A stretch of DNA of 63,845 nucleotides, filler included, from Octopus bimaculoides (Eukaryota), in NCBI RefSeq assembly GCF_001194135.2. It is 5 parts of 4 records of this genome, joined end to end, with 100 filler letters (N's around TTAATTAATTAA, not from the genome) between each part and the next. Parts side by side here need not be neighbours in the genome. Positions count along the whole stretch, not along the records: positions 1 to 25,674 come from NC_068985.1; positions 25,775 to 41,721 come from NC_068985.1; 3 more parts are not named here. One strand, written 5' to 3'. The notes under the pieces are model-generated. The model had not been told where the DNA came from, made no database searches, and saw nothing but the letters and a program-made list of their open reading frames with translations. The position numbers and the translations under genes were made by a program. Each line of letters opens with the position of its first letter. The first letter of the stretch is position 1. This document shows positions 14,305 to 26,381 of this stretch, piece after piece.

Positions 14305-14655
14305 TAAAGACTATACCTTTACAGAGGATTGGCACTCCATCGCTTATGATGACAAGGGTTCCAGTTGATCCAATCAATGGAACAGCCTGCTCATGAAATT
14401 AACGTGCAAGTGTCTGAGCACTCAACAGACACATGTACCCTTAACATAGTTCTCCAAGAGATTCAATGTGACACAAGGTGTGAAAAGGCCGGCCCTTTGA
14501 ATTACAAGTATTACTCATTTTTGCCAGCTGAGTGGACTGAGGCAGTGTGAATTGAAATGTTTTGCTCAAGGACACAATGCATCACTGGGAATTGAACTCT
14601 CGACCTTACAATCATGAGCCAAATACCCTAACCATTTAGCTATGCATCTACACAT
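14305..14655 (-). mobile_element. tRNA-derived SINE, family D (CpG-decayed)
   Basis: Homologous to the copies at 24551, 40065 and 41822. Confidence 0.8.
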
Positions 14656-14719
14656 ACATAGATGTAAAAATATCTATGTGGAAAAAGTAGTATTTGATTT
14701 TTAAAAAAATGTTATTACA

Positions 14720-15480
14720 ATGATCTATTGAAAACAATTGAAGACATAAACAAACATTTGAAACACTCTGTGAAATGGCACTGACAGTTAGCTGACCAAA
14801 ATCAATGCTGTTCCAGACACTGCCAAACCTTCTTCTTCTTCTTGTAATAGTTTCCAGAGAGTTAGGTCAAATTTAGTAAAGACTCATGGCCTATTTCTGA
14901 GCCTGGGGAATGTGTGCATATGGATTGGGCATATGTTCCAAATATTGGTAACATACTTGTAATTGTAAATACTTATTCAACATGGATAGAGGCACTCTTG
15001 TGAACTAATTGCTTGAGTGATGCGGTAAAAAGCAAGCTGCTAGAGGTCTTTACTCATTTTTGTGTGCCCACAATGGGCCTGAATTTGTTGTGTTAAAGAA
15101 TATGTTGTCATCAATGGGTTTCAAAAAAATTGAGACACCTGCTTACAGTCTAGCATCTAATGGCGCCGCTGAAAGGGCCATACAAACTGTGAAAGCGGCA
15201 CTGAAGCATTTTGATATGGAAACAGAATTTCAACAACTATTTGAACAAAATTCTTTTCAATCATCAGAGTGCCTTAGATGGTTGTAAATTATCACCATCT
15301 GAAAAGTTAAGGAAAAGACCATTGAGGGTTGCTGTAAACCCATTCTTTGAAATAGGTGAGGATGTAATACACAAAACCATGTTTGACAAGGTTGCATCCA
15401 AGGCAAAATATGTGATACTTGCTGAAAAGAATACTGCATGGATTAAAAGGAGGATCGTTCACAACAGTTAGTTGCAGTTG
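14720..15480 (+). mobile_element. Ty3/Gypsy LTR-retrotransposon integrase relic
   Basis: PGECVHMDWAYVPNIGNILVIVNTYSTWIEA and HNGPEF..MGFKKIETPAYSLASNGAAERAIQTVK are decayed rve DDE-core motifs (D..G.EF, P.SNG.AER), with frameshifts. Confidence 0.85.
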
Positions 15481-15807
15481 AGCAACTAGCCCCGCTAAAC
15501 ACATGGGAACCAGAACCAGAATTGAGCACAACACCTGGCACAATGGTTCACACTGAGTCTGCAAGGATGCCTAACAGTGACAGTGTGACCATATCAAGTT
15601 TGAAGGCTAGGTGTGACACCAAACCGGAGTAATAGAAGAAGTGGAGCAGCTTATTATTGACAATGCTAGCCATCCAAGATCGAACACAAAAATTTGATCA
15701 AGTTCTCAACTGAGGTGAAACACAAGAATGGCGGCTGGATGTAAAAAGCCAAAACATTTCAAGGAGGAATAATGTGATAGTTGCATTAGGTTATGCATTT
15801 TGGTATC

Positions 15808-15844
<37 letters not shown>

Positions 15845-16049
15845 CTCTCGAGGGCAGTCTCGTGCAACCAGGTGGAAATCATGAGAGGAGAGATGAATGA
15901 GCTGGAAGCCATAAAAGGGGCGATACTGCTATGCATGAGATGATGCCAGGAACTGTACAGTGTAGCCCTTGGAAGTGAGCTGTGTAATCTTGCAGTTTCG
16001 AACATTCAACATATTTTCTATAAGAGTGAAGCACAACATAAACCATAGC

Positions 16050-16348
16050 TGGCATGCATGAGCTTTCACTGCATCCAGATACATTTCCCAAATGTTTTTC
16101 ATTACTTCTGTAGTGGTACTTTGCTTTCGAAACTCATACAGTAAGCAATGGCGAATATGTTGTTTCATAAAGTTCTTACCCTCCATGGAGTTAATTACCA
16201 AAATAACTATGAATGACACACTACCAGATAGAAGAAATGATAAACTGTTTCTAGACAGTTACTGCCTGTTCAACCTTGGCTCTGATGTGATTGGTTGATT
16301 CATATTTTATAGTGGTGAAAAAACACAATTACTTTCTGAACACCCTAA
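16050..16348 (-). mobile_element. Mariner transposon 5' fragment
   Basis: TA-flanked TIR TTAGGGTGTTCAGAAAGTAATTGTGTTTT at 16348. The N-terminus KQHIRHCLLYEFRK...KNIWEMY..V.AHACQLWF resembles the mariner HTH region. Confidence 0.8.
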
Positions 16349-16792
16349 TATATATTCACACATGATGAGAGTCTTTCAGTTTCCTTCTACCAAATTCGTC
16401 TCAGTCATTCACATTGCTTTGGTCAGCCTGGGGCTATAGCAGAACACACTTGCCCAAAGTGCTATGCAGTGGAAATGAACCTGAAACTATGTAGTTGGGA
16501 AGCAAACTTCTTAATCACACAACCACACCAGTGCCTCCTATTCATTCTATTTACAAATGAACCAAAGAAAGAGTCTCTATACAGTTTCTCAGCTTGCTAG
16601 AAATATAAGCAAAACTTCCTTAAAAAAAGAAACAAAAGCATAAACAAAACGCATAGAATGATGTAGTCTGAAATACATTACTTAAATAAAAGATGGAGTG
16701 GTCATGGCTGAAATATCTTTAAGCATAGGTCTTTTGAATCAGTGCTGTTCCGAGATTAAATAACAACAGTCAACGATGTATATACTCTAGTC

Positions 16793-17112
16793 CAGTGCTA
16801 CTCAAAGTGGTGGTCCGCGGACCGGTGCCAGTCCGCGAGCCATCAGCTGCTGGTACGCGGCGAGTTTCCAGAAAAGAAAGAAACATTATAAAATGCTTAT
16901 AAAATGCTTATAAAGCGCCTATGTAATATTGTATTATTTGTTTACAAAATAAATACAAGATTTTAAAAAGTGTCAACTTTTATTTTATTCATTATAAATA
17001 TATTTTTTCCGGTATAAATTAATATTACTAAGAAATATTACCGGTCTCTAGCACATTGGAAAAAAAACAAAAAACTACCTGTACGTCACATCAGATAGTT
17101 CGAGAAACACTT
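16793..17112. mobile_element. hAT (Charlie-type) MITE with a perfect 8-bp TSD
   Basis: TIRs CAGTGCTACTCAAAGT / AGTTCGAGAAACACTT; TSD CTCTAGTC at 16785-16792 and 17113-17120. Confidence 0.9.
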
Positions 17113-17202
17113 CTCTAGTCCTCATAAAGGGATTTAAGACCAACAGCTCTTCCTTTTTATATAATTATATTAAAGTCTGCAAACTAAACGAATAATTCTA
17201 AG

Positions 17203-17341
17203 CACTAGAGTAGCTAAGGTGTAGGGGTTGGTCCGAACTGGACTGCACTTTTGGGTCTGCTGTAGGCAATGTTTTTTGTGGGGTCCGGGTCGACAAATGG
17301 AAGGGCCGCCCCGGGTGGCATACACTCTAGCTACGCTAGTG
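17203..17341. mobile_element. Short MITE with CACTAG termini (CACTA/EnSpm-like)
   Basis: Termini CACTAGAGTAGCT...AGCTACGCTAGTG; a related partial copy lies near 33876. No clear TSD. Confidence 0.55.
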
Positions 17342-17694
17342 ATTCTAAGTGAGTCGTTCGACTAACCTACGCATATATCAACAAGTGTGGTGAAACTTGT
17401 ACGCAATATCAGCCCTTAATCCCTAATACAGAAGTCCGACATTGTGATACTGCTACATGGAATAGTTAGCTACATATAGGTCTGTAGTAATTTTAGCAGA
17501 CAGAAAATCTTTGTATTTACATAACTATTTATTATTTTACCCATGATAATCTGACAAACTATAACTTTATTCAGCTTATCACGATATATATTTAAATGTT
17601 AGACAGTTTTTAACAACTTTAAAACTACGGAACAAAATTGAAGACATAATTGAGTTTTAACAATGAAACAAATATGTGTTTAGCTTTAAATTAC

Positions 17695-17724
17695 CTTGAT
17701 TTTATCTTTTATCTTTAGTTCCAT
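17695..17724 (-). CDS. Candidate first coding exon (MELKIKDKIK) of an unidentified gene
   Basis: Good Kozak context (A at -3, G at +4) and donor AAG|GTAATT. It lies at the edge of the CpG-depleted block 1-16700. No homology recognised. Confidence 0.25.
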
Positions 17725-17899
17725 TCTGCTGCTATGATGAGGCACCGTTACGAAGGGTTTAATGAGAAAAAATTGACCTTAGTACTGTTTACCGTTTTAC
17801 AAAATTAAATTAGAAAATTGGACAAAACAGAGAACAAAATTGAAAAAAAATTAAAAATAGAAAAAAGAAAGAAAAAACTCAAAACAATTCACCACCTTG

Positions 17900-18620
17900 G
17901 GTTGAAATGTTGGGGGCGCTGGAAAACTTCTCTAATGGCTATTGAGACACGCCAGCACGCTTGCGGGTGATGGCGAGGCTGATGTGCGGGAACTGCCAAG
18001 TGCCCTCGCGAGCCTCACCAGTTACTTCTACAACTCGCAGTTAGTGGTCCGACCCCACCAAATGTCTAAAATGCCACAGGATGGAAATGTAGTTGGCCAA
18101 CAGATCGCGGTATTTCAGGATTTTGTTCCGCTCGGTCGCAGAAGATGTGGATCTCGCCCTGACCGCAGCATCCAGGATGTGAGAAGAAGCAAAGGAGTCG
18201 CTATCTATGACATCCCAGATAAGGCATCTGCCTTGCGACCAGGGGCACAAGGTGAGACCGTCAGGTCTCTTCCCATCACATCTGGACAATCCAGATGGTT
18301 CCAAGACGGAGGGGATGTATTTCCGGGTCAAGCTCTTCTTGAGTATCAGGTTCAACTCTGTATGACACGCGAAGCGACTAGCATTCAGGCAGCAAGAAAG
18401 GCCATGGAGGTCTGTGGAGTCGTGGAGCCTGCCACAACGACAGATCAAACCCGAGCATACGTCAGCTCCCACTCTGAGGGCAATGGGAGACACGAAGTTC
18501 GTCCAAGCTGAGTAGGCCACCAACATTAGCCACAGGGATGGCATCAATCCAGTCACCTGAGTATTTGGCGCTAGTAGAAAGTAAGCGACACCTTGAAAAC
18601 TGGTCCGAGCTCGCAAAAAG
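17900..18620 (-). mobile_element. CRE-like (RLE-type) non-LTR retrotransposon, 3' fragment
   Basis: CCHC knuckle CRCGRLHDSTDLHGLSC, then H.ELN..L...L....IPS.LEP.GLSR.DGKRPDGLT..PW..G..L.WDV, i.e. the zinc knuckle plus PD-(D/E)xK restriction-like endonuclease typical of animal CRE-clade elements. Frameshifted near the end. Confidence 0.8.
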
Positions 18621-19194
18621 AAAGTGTTAGTTTTTACATCAACAATATGTCTCTCTTTCTGACTAGTTTTGGATAGTTATAAATACTAGAATTTGGTAAG
18701 GTAAAATCAGTTAGTAAGAGCGACCATCAGTTAGTGAAAAGAGACCAACTAGAGTCATAGCTATAAACAGGCAGCCACTAAAGACAAACGGCCAGAGGGA
18801 GAAAGAAGCCAACTATAAGACAACGGTACTCGACTCTATAACTTTCACTAGCTCAATTTCTTTTCTCTTACATCACGCTATCACTATCTATGGTTTACTA
18901 CTACAATAAGAACATGTACACACATACAGGCCGAAATTAACTCTTTTTACCTCGCATGCTTTTCCATTTACTAATTATACATACCAACCCGTCGTGGTGT
19001 GTAAATAAATATTTAACGGTAATATGTAACGGTAAATAAATATTTCTTTACAACTTCGATCACTGTTCTTCGTTCATCTTACATATGGCAAACAATAAAT
19101 ATCATTGCTGTTGCAATTGGTGATCCTCGACTGCAACGAAGAACTAACCGTTACAGAGCGATAGTTTTTAAAATCTTCTTTATCACAACTTCTT

Positions 19195-20110
19195 ATGAAG
19201 CAGGATGGTATTTGACTCTTTCCACTGTGAGGGAATTTTACTCTCCTTCAGATAGCGATTGAAGCATAGAACGAGGATTTTCCACAGCTCTTTACCTATG
19301 CATCTTAACATTTCTATTGTGATGCCATCTTTCCGAGGAGGTTTGTCTGTTTTCATTAGTGTGATGGTATTTTTGATTTCAGTGATCAGAATAGGTAGCA
19401 CTTCTTTCAGCATTTGTGACGGTGTGGGATCAAGCTTCTCTGATGATTTAAGAGGGTTGGTGTAGAAGGTTTTGCATACCTCCCCCAACTCTGCTTTGTC
19501 TGTCACCGTGAGCTCATCCTTGCTCTTAAGCGCCGAAACCTCTGACCTATAGAATGCCAGCTTTTTCCTGCATCTTTTTAAACTTTACCTTTCCTCTGCA
19601 GCCCGCATCAATTTCTTCAGTCTCTAATTCTCGAAGTAATTTCTTACACATTGTCTGATTGCTTTTAGAAAACAGAATACTCGAGGTGGTGTTTCTTGTT
19701 CTTCTTCTTTGTTTTCTGTTTCTCTAACATTTTCGTTATTTCCTTCGAGATTCTTCCGCTAGGTTCCCGCGGACTTGCAGTTTTTGCGCTCTATATGCAG
19801 CTTTTAATTTTCCAGACTAGCAAACTGTTGTCCTCATCGAGCTCTTCAAGTTGACTCCAGATTTCTTTATTGGTAGTTTCCTGTAACTATTTCACATCGA
19901 GTGTCTTGATACATTGATTTTTGATTGAGATACACGATCTTTGCTCATAGTAAGCGATGATCACTGTCTGTGTTGAATGGCGCTACCACTGAGACGTTCT
20001 GCAATATGCGCCATTTATCGACCGGGATGTAGTCAATTTCGGTTTCGTATTGAGCGTTTGGGGCTATCCAGGTTCATCTCCAGCCAAGTCGCTGCTCCCA
20101 ATATATGGCA
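19195..20110 (-). mobile_element. RTE-clade LINE relic (APE C-terminus to pre-RT region)
   Basis: TWIAPNAQYETEIDYI...DSDHRLL (APE motifs) and K.P.KDGITIEML...LW..L...FN.YL....IPSQWKESNTILLHKK. Confidence 0.9.
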
Positions 20111-21520
20111 GTAAGTTTCTTGAGATCTTTTTTCTTCCTTCAGATGTTATCAATCTCTCGCTGCGTCTGGATTTCTGGGGAAGTAATTTCCATTTTGGCT
20201 GTCTTACTCCATAGGCGTTTCTGCAGATAGTATAAACAACGTCTTCGAATGTGGCTAGCTTATTTCATCTATGTTAACTTCTTTTTAAGAAACTATAACA
20301 TCATTCAGCATTTCACGATGTGTTTGAATGTTTTATGTTTAAAGACCCTAAAGCTATGGAACTAAAGTGAAGACATAATTGAAATATTTAACATAATGAA
20401 ACAAGTTCATGCGTCACGCTTTAAATAGCCTTAATTATAGAATGAAATCAAAGACAATTAAAATCTTTAATATAATGACGCAATGCTAAGACCAACGATA
20501 ATTTTTTGCACCAAAATACAAATACGAACATTTATATAATGTGGAATTTCCAGGGGTTCTGTTAATTTTGTTCTTCATCATTAGTTTCGATCATCATCAT
20601 CATCATCTTCTGACGTTCATCTTCCCTGCTGGCATGGGTCGGACCTCGAAGGACGTACGTGCTCTAATGTCTGCTCTGACATGATTTCTGTCGCTCGATG
20701 CTCTTCCTAACGCCAAACACTTTACAGTGTACAGTATGCTTTTTTTTTTCATGACACCAACACTATCTTCTTTGGATTTTATTTAATTTCTCTAGCATCC
20801 TACAAGTATCTGTTCTTAACATGTCCATCCTTAAGTTAAATTTTCATATTTTCTTATAGTTAAATACTCAGTTATCAATTAAAAATGTTTTCACCAAATA
20901 CATAATGCCTAAAATTTAGAATTCTAAATTATTTATCTGTAGATTCTATTGAAAAGTTTTTAGTCAAATTCAATACAATAATTAGGCTGTTGCCATAAAT
21001 ATATCTAAAAACAAAGTTAAATTTTTAAAAGACCTTTGGCTATAATGATAATTATTAGTTGAAATTCAAATAAACTATTTTAATTTTATCAGTGAATGAA
21101 GATATGGGTGGGAGGCCAAATAGGAAAGTTGACGTATTTCAGCAGGAGCAAGTTAAAAATAGTCCCTAATATTTTGAGAAATGTTGTAAGCTATAGGTCA
21201 AATTAAGTTCAATTGAACAAAGAATGTATTTAGAATATTTACAGTATCACATATAATATATAGGTCACCTGAGGCGCCAGGTAAGTTTATTTTTGAGGAA
21301 AAACTGGTGTCAAGTAGCCTAACATCTGAAATTGTTATTGTTGTGGCTTTTTTTTCAGTTAGTTATTTTTTAAGAGAATTCATGGCAGATATTATTTGTT
21401 AATCTTTATTTTAATGTTTCCTTGTCGGAGTATTAAACTCTGTTACTTTTGATAAAAAAAAAAGTAAAGATGGTTTACATTAAAAAAAATATAACGATAT
21501 TTCACACTTTGCATGACAAT

Positions 21521-21568
21521 ATGGCGGGCAGAGGAAACCAACCTGCGCCGATTGAATATGAAAGGAAG
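21521..21568 (+). CDS. Candidate first coding exon (MAGRGNQPAPIEYERK) of an unidentified gene
   Basis: CAATATGGCG start (strong Kozak, YY1-like ATGGCG), 16 codons, donor AAG|GTAGTA, in a CpG-retaining patch. A possible next exon is 23019-23068 (donor CT|GTAAGT). No homology recognised. Confidence 0.3.
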
Positions 21569-23224
21569 GTAGTAATTGTTATTGTACATGAATGGGGTAC
21601 GCATAGCTCGATGCGTGTGTAGTATGGACGCCACTCTGTTACTCTTTACGCGTATTACAGCCAGTTGCTGTAACCTTGGTAGGGCTCCACCATTGATGTG
21701 ACTAATTTATTTTCTTTCAACGGCAATCTTTGTGGTTAGTTTTGGTGAAGGGGGAAGTGGATATTGTCACTCCTATTTGTATTTCCCCACCCTCTGCTTC
21801 GTTTTCTCCTATTCTCTCTCTCCCTACAGCTTCTCTCTCTCTTTTCTCACCTCTCCCGCTCGAATGGAGAGCATACTTCTACGATACATATAACACCTCT
21901 CTTTCTCCCAATACTTTTCTCCAGATCCTCACACTTTGCAATTATACTTACCCTTATGATGTGTGATAGCCTGGGCCTCTATACACTCACCTCATCACCT
22001 TGACCACTTTTCCTTTCTTTCTCACTAGCTTTGGACACTAAACCTTTCCTGTGTTTCTTCCATACTCCTCCCCAACAATATCTATTACGCTCTCTACTAC
22101 CACTCTCTTACAACTATAAATCTTCCTCTCATCATATTTCTCTCTCTTTTTCATCACCTGATCCAGAATCATTGTACCCTCTCTTTTATTTTGTCTTTAG
22201 TTATTGGGTTCTCTTTAGGCCCATAGTCTTGCAGGTTGAGAGATGACCTCACTTGTGGTGGTACCCCTGCAAAAAAAAAAGACAAAAAAAAACAAACAAC
22301 ATTTAGCACACTCTGTAAAGTAGTTGATATAAGGATGGGTACCAGCCATAGAAATCATACCTCAATATGACACTCCTCTGATGCATTGGATTTTGTCAAA
22401 GCATCTAACTCATGTCAGCGTATTTGAGGGATAAATGATGGTGATGATGACGATGATCATTTTAACTTTTACTTTTCTATGCCTGCATGGATCAGATGAG
22501 ATTTTATTTAGGTAGAATTTTCTATTCTTGGATGCTCTTGCTGCTAACCTTCACTTGTTTCCAATCAAGGCAATATTTCTATTAGTCTATCAAACAACAA
22601 ACAACTTGGACTTGCTTTCATAAAGGATGTATGACTGATGAATGGTGATTCTTTTACAGTCAGCAAGAACATGTCAAGTCAAACAAAATATGCACTCAGC
22701 TACATATACACCCATACATGAATACACACACAAACATGAAGGGATTTTTCCAGTTTCTATATATCATATTTCCTCACAAAGTATTGGTCAACCTGTAGCT
22801 AATGTAGAGGACATGAACAAATATAATCCACAGAGTGGGACTGAAACCCAAACCACATGGCTTTGAAGTAAATTCATTAACTTTACAGTTATGGCTGTAC
22901 CTATAAAGAATAAAGTTAATCTAGAGGGCTTAGATCAGTAAAGTAACCACACTGTAAATCAGCTTGGCCAGATCTCTGCTTTCTCTGCCAATCCCATTGT
23001 CCTAACGTTCATCAATAGATTATCTGGCTTCAGTTTGGACATAAACCCACAAAAATCTTATCTATGCTGTAAGTGCTACTGAAGAAGGAAGAAATGGATT
23101 CTTTGCTATTAGTTCCACAGTTTTGATGAATTTCCAACAATGAACATAAAAGAATAGTAAGAAATTTCTAATAATTATTATAGTTTTGGGGATACAAGCA
23201 TGAAAATAGAACTTAAAGCACGAG

Positions 23225-23930
23225 TAAATATATCATCATTATTATCATTTAGCGTCTGTTGTCCATGCTGGCATGAGTTGGACAGTTTGACCAGAGCTAG
23301 TAAGCTGAGGGTCTGCACCAGACCCTAGTCTGATTTGGCATGGTTTCTATGGCTGGATGACCTTCCTAATGCCAACCACTTCGAGAGTGTCATGGGTATT
23401 TTATGTGCCACTGGCACAGGTGTTAGTTTGCATGACACCGATATCTGTCACAACTATGATTTCATTTAGCTTGATGGGTCTTCTCCTCAAGTACAGCATA
23501 TTGTCAAAGGTCCTGGTCATTTGTTATTGCCTCTGTGAGGCCCAGCGCTTCGGAGGTACTTTTTTTTACATGCCACCGGCATGGGTGCTAATTATGCGAC
23601 ACCAGCATTGGCCACATTGTTTCCTTGAGGCCTAACACTTGAAAGGTGCTTTTTATGTGCCACCAGCAAGGGTGCCAGTTACGTGACACCGGCAATGACC
23701 ACAGCCATGATTTCACTTGGTTTGACAGGTATTCTCATGCCTCTGTGAGACCCAACATTCAAAGATCATGCTTCACCATCTCACCCCATGTCTTCCTGGG
23801 GTCCCTCTTTCACAGCTTCCTTTAACTGGTAGAGATTGGCACTTCTTCACACAACTGCCCACATCCATATGTATCACATCACCATACCAATGCAGTCGTC
23901 TCTCTTGTACACCACAAGAGAGACGACTGC
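23225..23930 (-). mobile_element. Family C retroposon, long reverse copy with internal repeats
   Basis: (CAT)n tail, GACCTTCCTAATGCCAACCAC block and repeated TTTTATGTGCCAC..GCA units. Confidence 0.75.
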
Positions 23931-24550
23931 ATTGTGTGTGCATATATATATATGGTTTATTTTTATTGTTTACTCATGCATTTAATCATGTTATATCAAT
24001 TTATTGTGCACTTTCCTTATTTTAACATTTTCATGTCTATATATAAAAGTGAAATGGCCGAAAGTTGTATGTTTGCGTGTCTCATTTAGTGGTTATGCAG
24101 GGTTCAATGGCAGTAGACGTGCTTGGATTGCAGCAAAAATTTACAGGGACATGTAAAATGAAGCGAGGAAGCAACTGGACCAGGTTACAAATCTACATCT
24201 CAAAAGCTGTGGTTACTAGGGCAACAAAGCCCAGACTTTGACAAGTGTTTGTCGTTTCTCTCTTTCGGATATCACCCGGTCTTCCTCGATCTCTCTCTTT
24301 CCTCCCTTCCCTCCACTTTCTCTCTATAACGACGTTTGACAGCTTCCACTCTCTCCGCCTTCGCCGTCCCTCCGCCTCTCTCTCTTTGTACCTCTATCTG
24401 TATCTATAGAGAGAAAGCGTTGACAGCCGCAAAAGTTTAAATATTCCCGCCAAAGGTCTTTTAGACCGTTGAATTATTATCGCCCACCACCACCGCACAT
24501 TCATAACAGATATTTATTGTGTTAATTTATATGTATCTATGTATATGTAT

Positions 24551-24770
24551 GTGTAGGCGCGTGGTCTAGTGGTTAGGGTGTCAGCACTGTGATCGTAAGA
24601 TTGTGGTTTCGATTCCTGGACGCGTTGTGTTCTTGAGCAAAACACTTCATTTCACGTTGCTCCAGTCCACCCAGCTGGCAAAAATGAGTAACGCTGCGAG
24701 GGAACACATACGCCATTGAAACCGGCAAACCAGGCCCATAAGCCTGGCTAGGCTTTAAAAAGGCGCATTT
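24551..24770 (+). mobile_element. SINE family D (young; intact A and B boxes)
   Basis: TGGTCTAGTGG A box, GGTTTCGATTCC B box, then TTGAGCAAAACACTT..TTGCTCCAGTCCACCCAGCTG. Confidence 0.85.
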
Positions 24771-24920
24771 ATTATAATTTATATATATATATATAATTTA
24801 TATATATATATATATACATTTAATGTGTATACACTTTATATATTCACACACACGTGTGTGTGTGTGTATAAAGTGTATACACATTAAATGTATATATACA
24901 TTATATACCTAATTTATATA

Positions 24921-25137
24921 GGTACTACTAAAGCAGCACGGTCCCGAACGTGCAGTCGCGCGTCCGCGCCAGCCAGTCGTGAATGGTCGATCCCAACCCT
25001 GACCCTATCCCCAACTCTAACCCTAAACACGTATTCATTTGCACACGCGGGTTAGAGATAGGGTCAGGGCTAGGATCGACCACTCACGACTAGCTTGCGC
25101 GACCGCGTGCTCGGGACCGTGCTGCTTTAGTAGTACC
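24921..25137. mobile_element. Foldback MITE with 27-bp perfect TIRs and telomere-like internal motifs
   Basis: GGTACTACTAAAGCAGCACGGTCCCGA ... TCGGGACCGTGCTGCTTTAGTAGTACC; internal AACCCTGACCCTA and CTAACCCTAA. Confidence 0.85.
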
Positions 25138-25146
25138 ATTTATATA

Positions 25147-25186
<40 letters not shown>

Positions 25187-25553
25187 NNNNNNNNNNATAT
25201 CTATATCTATGTATATATATAATGTATATACATATGTATATATAATGCGCGCGCAGACACACATGTATAATGCGTATATAAATGTACATATATATATTTA
25301 ATGTATATACTTATAATGTGTGCATATGTGGTCGGATTGAGTTGAAAATTTGCACACCTCTGTTAAAAGTGCTGGCGAGTTTGCATGGCAACTTTGAGTT
25401 TGCTCAATTGTAAGTCGTGGCCTCTGGGGCAAAATTCCTCATCTTTTAAAATGTGGCCCGAGTAGACCCGAATGAAATCGGGTTATAATACCGAAACAAG
25501 TAAAACAATAATAAACTATTTTAATCCCGAACAAGGCCGGGTTTCTCTGCTAG

Positions 25554-25593
<40 letters not shown>

Positions 25594-25674
25594 TGATGTG
25601 AAGAAACATGTCTCTATATATTTGTGTATGTATTGTAGGTATGTCTATGTATATATATATATATGTATATATAT

Positions 25675-25774
25675 NNNNNNNNNNNNNNNNNNNNNNNNNN
25701 NNNNNNNNNNNNNNNNNNTTAATTAATTAANNNNNNNNNNNNNNNNNNNNNNNNNNNNNNNNNNNNNNNNNNNN
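25675..25774. other. Artificial scaffold-join spacer (44 N + TTAATTAATTAA + 44 N)
   Basis: Exactly 100 nt; the palindromic core puts stop codons in all six frames; identical at four sites. Confidence 0.97.
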
Positions 25775-25818
<44 letters not shown>

Positions 25819-26381
25819 GAATACAGCCTGAAATTCTTGCCATGTATTGATGCGAACTTCCGAGTGGGTATTCACGATCCTCGGATATTCACGAAGCTGT
25901 ATATATGCATGTACGCATATGTATGTATATATACATGATATATGTGTATATGTATGTATACACATACACACACACATATGTATGTATGTATATATGTATA
26001 TATTTATATATAGATATGTATATATAGATACAAACATATGTAGATATGTACAAGCACACATATATACATATGCATACATCTATGCCTACAAATATACACA
26101 CACAGGTAATAAATAATTTTTTTTTGAAATTTGAATATGCACTGTCACATAATAAATATTAATATAACCTATAAATATATTTAATTTTTTTTTTCGTTTG
26201 TTAATCCGCTGAACAAATCTGTTTTTCTTCATCTACATCACATTTTGTCTATATTTTTTTTTTGTAGTTTCCGGGTTTAATATCTGAAAGGATTTTTTTT
26301 TTTAACAATTTCTTCGTATATGTTTAGGGATTGGTTATTGTCATTGGTGAAATAGCAGACTAATATACGATTTCGTTCAAT

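Larger units (their letters stand above)
24036..25553 (+). mobile_element. Non-autonomous Helitron-like element with nested insertions
   Basis: 5' TCTATATATAAAAGTG..., internal CGGATTGAGTTGAAAATTTGCACA, 3' short GC hairpin (CCCGAACAAGGCCGGG) then CTAG followed by T. Confidence 0.7.

Noticed and set aside
24551-24625. tRNA gene
   Set aside because: A and B boxes are present, but it continues into the family D SINE body and lacks a proper acceptor stem; the same holds for the other SINE heads.
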